Origin: a candidate division WOR-3 bacterium
GTDB taxonomy: Bacteria; Hydrothermota; Tepidihabitantia; Tepidihabitantales; Tepidihabitantaceae
Reading direction: 5' to 3'
Assembly (NCBI GenBank): GCA_965648905.1
Contig: CBFGIT010000008.1
Coordinates: forward strand, 1-64,000
DNA length: 64,000 nucleotides
The translations under genes and the position numbers were made by a program. Under the pieces are notes generated by a model that worked only from the letters and a program-made list of their open reading frames with translations, did not search any database and was not told the DNA's origin. Positions 57,869 through 64,000 of this stretch are shown one piece after another (position 1 is the first letter of the stretch; the number at the start of each line of letters is the position of its first letter).

Positions 57869-58400
57869 CCTGCTGAGGCTCGGTCTTTGGGTTCTGGCCA
57901 CAAGCGGTACCGCTCACGACTTCGGGTCTGTTGCCCTGGGGCCTGAGACGGTCGAGTCTTGTAAGGTCGTCATCATACTGGCTGTCTGCCGACTGGAAGT
58001 ACGTGCGATAACGTGTTGGCTCCCAGACCTCGAAAAACGGCCCGACCCCGATTATCACTGCGGAATCGGTAATGCCGGTCACGTCCTTGAGGTTCTTGGG
58101 GATAAGAATCCGACCCTGGCTGTCCAACTCGACCTCGCGCGACTGTGACAACCTGGTCCGGCGCAGCCGCCGCGCCTGTGGGTCATAGAGCGGCACCCCG
58201 CCCATCACTTCCTCGACGTGCCTGCGCCAACCTTCGGCAGTGTGTACCTCTATGCAGCAGTCCGGCCCTCGCGCCATAACAACCCTATCACCGTCCACCA
58301 ACCGCATCTGCTTGCGGAACGCGTGAGGAACTGCTACCCGGCTCTTCGGGTCAACTGCATGAACAAACTCACCAACACAGACCGGCTCAGGACTATCCAC
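57837..58400 (-). CDS. mraZ: division/cell-wall cluster regulator MraZ
   Basis: DPKSRVAVP and LDSQGRILIP repeats, FEVW; first gene of dcw cluster. Confidence 0.92.
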   Translation of the reverse strand: MDSPEPVCVGEFVHAVDPKSRVAVPHAFRKQMRLVDGDRVVMARGPDCCIEVHTAEGWRRHVEEVMGGVPLYDPQARRLRRTRLSQSREVELDSQGRILIPKNLKDVTGITDSAVIIGVGPFFEVWEPTRYRTYFQSADSQYDDDLTRLDRLRPQGNRPEVVSGTACGQNPKTEPQQDDVSRAGDGQ

Positions 58401-58421
58401 GCGAGTCCACCACTTTTCCAC
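58396..58421 (-). promoter_or_regulatory. probable MraZ binding repeats
   Basis: Three GTGGA on the minus strand at 11- and 10-nt spacing at the mraZ start. Confidence 0.55.
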
Positions 58422-58823
58422 ACTGGTACTTGCGGTGAATTGTACTCATAGACACCTGTATGCAGTCTATCACCACCATGCCTGCCTGTCAACTTCGGCT
58501 TTTGAGAATCACTAAGTCCGTAAGTCTTAGCCAAATAATATATTAACATATCCTCTGATACTGATGCTCGGTTCAGTACGCTTCTGGCCAGGCATCTGCT
58601 GCAGTCCGTGTCCCGCACCGTGTTCCGTGTCAGGCATCCTGCACTTTGAAGCCTGCATTCTGCCCTGGCAGCAATAGCGCGCTGGCCTGGTCATTGAGGC
58701 TTGGGCTTTACCACTCCCCTCCATCCGCCCTCTGCTGCCCGACACCCTACGACTCGGTCATTGCAGTCTGCACCATGCCCTCCGTGCTTGACTTCACCGC
58801 GCCCCGGCCTATATTTCGGGTCT

Positions 58824-59054
58824 ATGCGGAATGGCGAGCAGCCCGACCAGAACCAGCTCATCCGGCGCGATGTTCTACCCTATGCCGAGGGCGTCTGTGT
58901 GAACGAGAGCAAGACCAAGATAGGCTACGAAATCAGCTTCAACCGCTACTTCTACAAACCCCAGCCGCTTCGGACGCTCGAACAAATCCGCGCCGACATC
59001 CTGGCGTTGGAGAAGGAAACGGAAGGACTGCTGGACGAGATAGTCGGAAAGTGA
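58824..59054 (+). pseudogene. hsdM: type I R-M HsdM C-terminal remnant
   Basis: RDVLPYA....ESKTKIGYEISFNRYFYKPQPLRTLEQIRADILALEKETEGLLDEI is the typical HsdM tail; methyltransferase core absent. Confidence 0.85.
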
Positions 59055-59088
59055 TGAATGATGAGTGATGAATTATGAGCGGTGAAAG

Positions 59089-59457
59089 ATGAGTACTCAA
59101 CGCGGACAGAAGCTGACAGAAAGGACGCGGGAGTTCGCGCTACGGGTGATTCGCCTGTGCTCGGAACTGCCCAAATCTACGGTTGCTCAAGTTATCGGCA
59201 AGCAGATGCTCCGGGCCGGGACATCGGTTGGCGCGCACTATCGCGAAGCCGTGCGCAGTCGGTCTGACGCAGAGTTTGTCAGCAAGCTCGAAGGCGCCCT
59301 GCAGGAAGCAGAGGAGACGCGCTACTGGCTTGAACTTCTGACAGCCGAGCGACTGGGTCCGCAGTCGGAACTTGCGGCCCTAGCGTCCGAGATTGATGAA
59401 CTTGCCGCCATGCTCGTCGCCAGCGTCAAAACCGTCAAGGCACGAACGAAGCGATAA
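59089..59457 (+). CDS. four-helix-bundle protein (TIGR02436/IVP-like)
   Basis: ERTREFALRVI, KQMLRAGTSVGAHYREA, RSDAEFVSKL, QEAEETRYWL. Confidence 0.92.
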   Translation: MSTQRGQKLTERTREFALRVIRLCSELPKSTVAQVIGKQMLRAGTSVGAHYREAVRSRSDAEFVSKLEGALQEAEETRYWLELLTAERLGPQSELAALASEIDELAAMLVASVKTVKARTKR

Positions 59458-59756
59458 ACTCGGAATGATAAGCGATGAATTCAGCCGACAGAGAACGCGG
59501 CGGCCTGTAGGTTCGCTTCTTGCTCATCCTCAATCATTCCCTGCTCCTCGGATGACCCGCCGCAACCGATGAATACCCCGCGTTCGTCACAAGAAATTCA
59601 TCGCCTGTCTTCTCGCATCGTATGAGCACTCAGCACCCATCATTCATCACTCCGCGCTCTCCTTCAGCCTCCCCCACTCAGAACTCATCACTCATTACTC
59701 ATCGTTCTCCTTCTTCCCCCACTCATAATTCATCATTCATAACTCATCACTCTCCT

Positions 59757-59850
59757 CTCCGCCCCTACCCTACCTACAAGCCCTCCGGCATGCCGTGGCT
59801 GGCTGGCTGACACCGTGTTCGACCTGACCTACAACAAAGAAGTCGCGTAG
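59757..59850 (+). pseudogene. fused remnants of hsdS N-terminus and hsdR C-terminus
   Basis: LRPYPTYKPSGMPWL (HsdS-like start) overlapping WLADTVFDLTYNKEVA* (HsdR-like end) at TGGCTGG. Confidence 0.65.
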
Positions 59851-59934
59851 CGACGCCCGGTCTCAGTTCGACTCGGTCAGCCTCTCGCTAACAGCAACTG
59901 AGAGCTCCTTTGCCCCTGAACAGGACCGTAGGCC

Positions 59935-60198
59935 GTGCTATGAGCAATGCCTGCAGTCGTGCTTCTCGAAGTACCGGCTTGAGTGCTTGGCAGCGTGACA
60001 CCAGAAGTCACTTATGCTGCACTGGCTGGTGTCACATTGCCTGTACTCGGAGCAGTTCAGGACCAGATGACGACTGCTTGGACGGTGGCGATCACGCTGG
60101 ACGTGCCATTAGGATTGCCGAGACGATGGAATCGAAAGATGACACCGGCCGTTCCGAATGGAATGACATTGGGAATGCTCTAGGGAACCGCCTGCCGG
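59935..60198 (+). repeat. degenerate 12-bp-period array D (22 units)
   Basis: 17 of 22 consecutive 12-mers start with GT/AT (gtgctatgagca, atgcctgcagtc, gtgcttctcgaa...atgacattggga, atgctctaggga). Confidence 0.8.
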
Positions 60199-60301
60199 AC
60201 GTCCCCAATCCTCCAGTTCAGCAGTCACTTCTTTCGCATAACCGATTGACCGCTAAACCGTTAGCCGCAATCAGCCGTATGTCGCCCAGTTAGACGACTT
60301 G

Positions 60302-60607
60302 TCAGCTTGAGCTGCCGGTGCCGGTTGCGGCCTCGACTTTGTGCTTCATCGACGAAGGCTTGTCGCGCCGGTCGTCGACCTTCATCACCGTATAGATGCG
60401 CTTGCAGCCGAGACGCTCGTATTCGTCGTGAATTGAGCGGATTGCCTGAAGTACCGGTTCCCAGTCGCCCTGGATGCAGGTTCCCATCGAATTGACCTGG
60501 TACTCAAGGCCCGAGGCCCTGACTATCTCGACTGCCCGGCGCACAAACCGGCTGACTGATGTCTCGCCGGTGCCGGTGGGGACAACGCTGATTTCAAAGA
60601 TGGGCAT
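60302..60607 (-). CDS. MTH1187/YkoF-like thiamine-binding protein
   Basis: EISVVPTGTG..SVS, SGLEY....MGTCIQG, KVDDRRDK. Confidence 0.9.
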   Translation of the reverse strand: MPIFEISVVPTGTGETSVSRFVRRAVEIVRASGLEYQVNSMGTCIQGDWEPVLQAIRSIHDEYERLGCKRIYTVMKVDDRRDKPSSMKHKVEAATGTGSSS

Positions 60608-60616
60608 CGGTCTTCC

Positions 60617-61135
60617 TCACATGAATCGCTCGAACCGGTCTTTCGAGACTTTGCAAATTGGGCATTTGTCCGGCGGCGCGTCTCGGGCACAGAGATAGCC
60701 GCAGACCTTACACCGCCAGACCGGCAAAGGCAGAGTGCGGGGAGCCTGAGTCTGTGCCGTTCCTTCCAGCCGTGAGAACCCTTCACGCATGTACTTCTCC
60801 GGCCGGCGTTCCGGGATTGACTTGTGCGGCTTGCGGCCGGCAATCCAGTCTTCGCTGACGTAGAGTGCGCAGTAGCACGCGCCAAACTCGGCCAAATCCG
60901 CATCCCGGTAGTCGCACGGACAGATGATATCCAGGTCTTTTTCCCGCGCGCCGAACGGCAGCCGGCACGGACATGCCCAGTAGCCGTGGCGCTGCTGGTT
61001 TTCAAGCAGACCCTGAATCAGACGCAGGGTGAACTCTTTGTCCGGGTTGAGCCGGTAACCGCCTGCCTCTGCCTCGCGCTTCAGCCGCTCGTAGACCTGA
61101 ACAACCTCAGCCGAAAACTGCTCAGACGCACTCAT
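60617..61135 (-). CDS. ferredoxin:thioredoxin reductase catalytic subunit fused to rubredoxin-like domain
   Basis: CPCR, CPC, CYC plus WRCKVCGY...PDKCPIC. Confidence 0.9.
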   Translation of the reverse strand: MSASEQFSAEVVQVYERLKREAEAGGYRLNPDKEFTLRLIQGLLENQQRHGYWACPCRLPFGAREKDLDIICPCDYRDADLAEFGACYCALYVSEDWIAGRKPHKSIPERRPEKYMREGFSRLEGTAQTQAPRTLPLPVWRCKVCGYLCARDAPPDKCPICKVSKDRFERFM

Positions 61136-61413
61136 AGCTCAAGCAGTTCGCGGATCCGTTCCTCGTCAAACCCGGCCACAACCTGGTCGTCAATCTTGAT
61201 TGTTGGATACGAGCCGCGCGGGTTCAGCTCACGCACCCGACCGGCCATCTGCTGGCGCTCGTCCCCGGTGCACTGGTCAACGTAGATGTAGTCGTAGGCG
61301 ACGCTGTTCGAATCGAGCAGTTCTTTGGTCCGGCGGCACCAGCCGCAGGTTGACAGGGCATAGAGCATCACGCGGTGTTTGTTGTTTGTCCCGGACTGAT
61401 GAACTATCGGCAC
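61132..61413 (-). CDS. glutaredoxin (NrdH-like)
   Basis: LSTCGWC, SYPTI, VAGFDE; AGGAG SD before GTG 61413. Confidence 0.9.
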   Translation of the reverse strand: MPIVHQSGTNNKHRVMLYALSTCGWCRRTKELLDSNSVAYDYIYVDQCTGDERQQMAGRVRELNPRGSYPTIKIDDQVVAGFDEERIRELLEL

Positions 61414-61601
61414 AATTCTTCTCCTTCTGATTGGGGCTGGCTTTGACCGAAACACTCAGGGCAGTCTGTCTCGCCCTTGGGCAATGGCTTGCCGCAGATT
61501 GCGCAGGTGATGACTGCAACCTGGCAGGGGGTGCAGACTGAATCGTCCTCGCCCGGCAGTCCGTCGCAGTAGGGACAGCGGCATTCAGCGTTGGACTTCA
61601 C
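61404..61601 (-). CDS. small double zinc-ribbon protein
   Basis: Four CxxC pairs; overlaps neighbours in the operon. Confidence 0.7.
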   Translation of the reverse strand: MKSNAECRCPYCDGLPGEDDSVCTPCQVAVITCAICGKPLPKGETDCPECFGQSQPQSEGEELCR

Positions 61602-61975
61602 TTCGCCTCCTTGGCTTTGGCCCGGTAGTTTTCGATTGCCCGGTGCAGGGCATCTGCTCCAAGATTAGAGCAGTGGAGCTTATTGGGTGGCAGGCCGCCG
61701 AGCTCCTGGGCAACGTCGGCATTGGTTATCTTCATCGCCTCATCCAGGGTCTTGCCGATCGCCATCTCGCTAACCATCGAGGAGACCGCAATCGCCGCTC
61801 CGCACCCGAACGTCTTGAACTTCACGTCGGTGAGCACATTGTCTTTGACCGTGATGTAGAAGGTCATCATGTCACCGCAGACCGGGTTGCCGATTTCCCC
61901 GACTCCGTCTGCGTGCTCGATTTCGCCGACATTGCGCGGGTTGCGGAAATGCTCCATCACTTTCTCAGAATACAC
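61598..61975 (-). CDS. iscU: Fe-S scaffold IscU/NifU
   Basis: YSEKVMEHFRNPRNVG, NPVCGD, FGCGAAIA, LPPNKLHCS. Confidence 0.96.
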   Translation of the reverse strand: MYSEKVMEHFRNPRNVGEIEHADGVGEIGNPVCGDMMTFYITVKDNVLTDVKFKTFGCGAAIAVSSMVSEMAIGKTLDEAMKITNADVAQELGGLPPNKLHCSNLGADALHRAIENYRAKAKEAK

Positions 61976-63219
61976 TAGCTCTCCTCGCTTGTGTGCTCGT
62001 CTTCTTCACAGACCTCACCCGGCCTGGTCCGGTAAGGGTCTTCGCCCCGCTCGAACCGGGCATAGAGCGGCGACATCCGACGCAGCCGTTCAACAATCGG
62101 CGGCAGCTTTTCCAGGAAGTAGTCAACGTCGCTGTCGGTCGAATCCTTGCCCAAGGTCAGGACCAGCGAAGACTGGGCCAGAGCATGGGGCAGTCCCATT
62201 GCCAGGAGCACATGTGAAGCCTTCAGATTGCGGGCTGTGCAGGATGAACCCGAGGCGGCCCTAATGCCCTCGTCGTCGAGGAACAGAAGCATCGCCTCGC
62301 CCTCAACGAACTCAACGCACATGCTGACATGGCCGGGCAGGCGATGGTCAGGACAACCGGTCATGACTACGTGTTTCAGCCGCTCAGGCAGCTCGGTCCG
62401 GATGCGACGACTCAACCGGGCGAGAAGTCTTGACCATTCATCAACATGGTTGCGGCAGAACTCGGCCGCGACCCCGAACCCGGCAATCGCGGCCACATTC
62501 TCGGTCCCGGCCCGCCGGTTCCGCTCCTGGAACCCACCGTCAATGAGCGGCCGAATCGTCACCCCTTTGCGCAGATACAGGGCCGCCGCGCCGCGCGGCC
62601 CGTAGACCGACTGCGCGGCAAATGAGTAGGCATCAATCCCGAGCTCAGCAACGTCAACCGGAATCCGGCCGACCGCAGCACAGCCATCAGAGTGAAACAA
62701 TACCTTGTGCGCACAGCAGGTTCGGGTCAGCTCCATCAGATTCTGAATCGTGCCGACCTCGTTGTTGGCGTGCATGACCGAAATCAGCACTGTGTCGGGT
62801 CGAACCGCGGCCTTAAGCTGGTCAGGTTGCACCGAACCGTTCCGGTCTACCGGCACTTCGGTTACCTCAAATCCCAGTCGTCTGAGCGCGCGCGCCGGCT
62901 CCATGACAGACGCGTGTTCGATGGCCGAAACGACGATGTGCTTTCCCTTATCCATCCGGGCCAGGGCAAGGCCTTTGACCGCAAGGTTGTTGCTTTCGGA
63001 GCCGGACGCAGTGAAGACGATTTCCTCGGGCCGGGCATTGACAAGGGCCGCAACCTGGGCTCGTGCGGTCTCAAGAGCCTGCCTCGGCCGCTCGCCGCCC
63101 CGGTGCAGACTTGAAGGGTTGCCGTACTCTTCGGTGAGAAACTCCTGCATTGCCTCCCTTGCCTGCTCAAGTACCGGTGCTGCTGCCGCGTGGTCAAAGT
63201 TGATGTCGGGCATACTCAT
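61975..63219 (-). CDS. iscS: IscS/NifS-like protein lacking the PLP-binding lysine
   Basis: GNPSSLH, SGSESNN, IEHASV, ANNEVGTIQ, RAGTEN, SGSSC; AQSVYGPRG in place of (S/A)HKxxGPKG. Confidence 0.92.
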   Translation of the reverse strand: MSMPDINFDHAAAAPVLEQAREAMQEFLTEEYGNPSSLHRGGERPRQALETARAQVAALVNARPEEIVFTASGSESNNLAVKGLALARMDKGKHIVVSAIEHASVMEPARALRRLGFEVTEVPVDRNGSVQPDQLKAAVRPDTVLISVMHANNEVGTIQNLMELTRTCCAHKVLFHSDGCAAVGRIPVDVAELGIDAYSFAAQSVYGPRGAAALYLRKGVTIRPLIDGGFQERNRRAGTENVAAIAGFGVAAEFCRNHVDEWSRLLARLSRRIRTELPERLKHVVMTGCPDHRLPGHVSMCVEFVEGEAMLLFLDDEGIRAASGSSCTARNLKASHVLLAMGLPHALAQSSLVLTLGKDSTDSDVDYFLEKLPPIVERLRRMSPLYARFERGEDPYRTRPGEVCEEDEHTSEES

Positions 63220-63358
63220 ATAGACGAACTGCGGGTCGGTTTCGGTTCGAAGCGCCTAGAGTCTAGTATGCCGCAAGCAGTTGTCAAACGAACATCACGC
63301 CCGAAACAGGGACGACAACACCGGTTGACAGCACTGACTTGCCCGGTATGATTGCACC

Positions 63359-64000
63359 GTGATTCGCGTTACCGTCAACGGTGCGACCCGAGAAGTCGAA
63401 CCGGGCACAACTGTTGCTGAAGTGCTTGCCGACCCAACTGCCCTGGCGGCTCGAGTCGACGGCCGGCTTATCGACCTGTCGTCGCCGCTTGAAGCCGACG
63501 CCGTGGTCGAGCCGGTCAGGTTCGACTCTGAGCCAGGCCGGGACGTATTCTGGCATTCAGCCTCGCACCTGTTGGCCCAGGCGGTCAAGCAGCTCTATCC
63601 CCAGGCCAAAGTAACCATCGGGCCGGCTGTGCCTGAGGGTTTCTACTACGACTTTGACGTGGACCCGCCGTTCACCGAGGCGGACCTGGAGAAGATTGAA
63701 ACCCGGATGCGGGAGCTGGCTGCGCAGAAGATACCGGTGGTGCACAAGTGGCTTGCGCGCGACCAGGCCCTGAAGCTCTTTGCCGAGCGGGGCGAAACCT
63801 ACAAGAACGAAATCATCAGCGAGCTGCCCGACGAGCAGATTTCGGTCTACGAGCAGGGCGACTTCGTCGACCTGTGCCGCGGGCCGCACGTGCCCAGCAC
63901 CGGATACCTGAAGGCGGTCAAGCTGCTGAGCGTGGCCGGTGCCTACTGGCGCGCCGACGAGAAGAACCGGATGCTGTCGCGGGTCTACGGCGTGGCCTTC
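63359..64000 (+). CDS. thrS: threonyl-tRNA synthetase, N-terminal part (runs off the window edge)
   Basis: Manual translation: TGS-like domain, FWHSASHLLAQAVK, GFYYDF, DLCRGPH, GAYWR; GTG 6 nt after TTGACA-N16-TATGAT. Confidence 0.95.
   Translation, partial: MIRVTVNGATREVEPGTTVAEVLADPTALAARVDGRLIDLSSPLEADAVVEPVRFDSEPGRDVFWHSASHLLAQAVKQLYPQAKVTIGPAVPEGFYYDFDVDPPFTEADLEKIETRMRELAAQKIPVVHKWLARDQALKLFAERGETYKNEIISELPDEQISVYEQGDFVDLCRGPHVPSTGYLKAVKLLSVAGAYWRADEKNRMLSRVYGVAF

Overview
GC-rich bacterial chromosome segment, most likely an anaerobic FCB-group organism such as candidate phylum WOR-3 (inferred from PorV plus many T9SS/FlgD-type C-terminal sorting domains; not verified). Housekeeping content: an IS4-family transposase at the left edge, two tRNA-Leu genes, deoB-cdd, ribD-ribE-serS, acyP, a detached rplR-rpsE-rpmD-rplO-secY block running into an ECF sigma/anti-sigma-TonB pair, ddl, nfnAB, a Flx-like mvhD cluster, a split GMP synthase subunit, a dcw cluster lacking murF/ftsQ, an iscS-iscU-glutaredoxin-FTR operon and the start of thrS. 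There is also a cluster of secreted proteases and adhesin-like proteins. Most notable observations: (1) four apparently non-coding arrays of 22-28 drifting 12-bp units, each capped on the same side by a related 25-bp pseudo-palindrome, one directly upstream of an XRE-HTH gene; (2) a secreted protein with an in-frame UGA in a CxxU motif followed by a SECIS-like hairpin, a probable unannotated selenoprotein; (3) four genes whose only plausible start codons are ACG/ATT/ATA behind SD-like sequences; (4) an IscS lacking the PLP lysine; (5) four-helix-bundle genes bracketed by inverted heptamer-like tracts; (6) a type I R-M operon collapsed by a microhomology deletion; (7) a window-wide 16-bp promoter spacer with several apparently leaderless genes.
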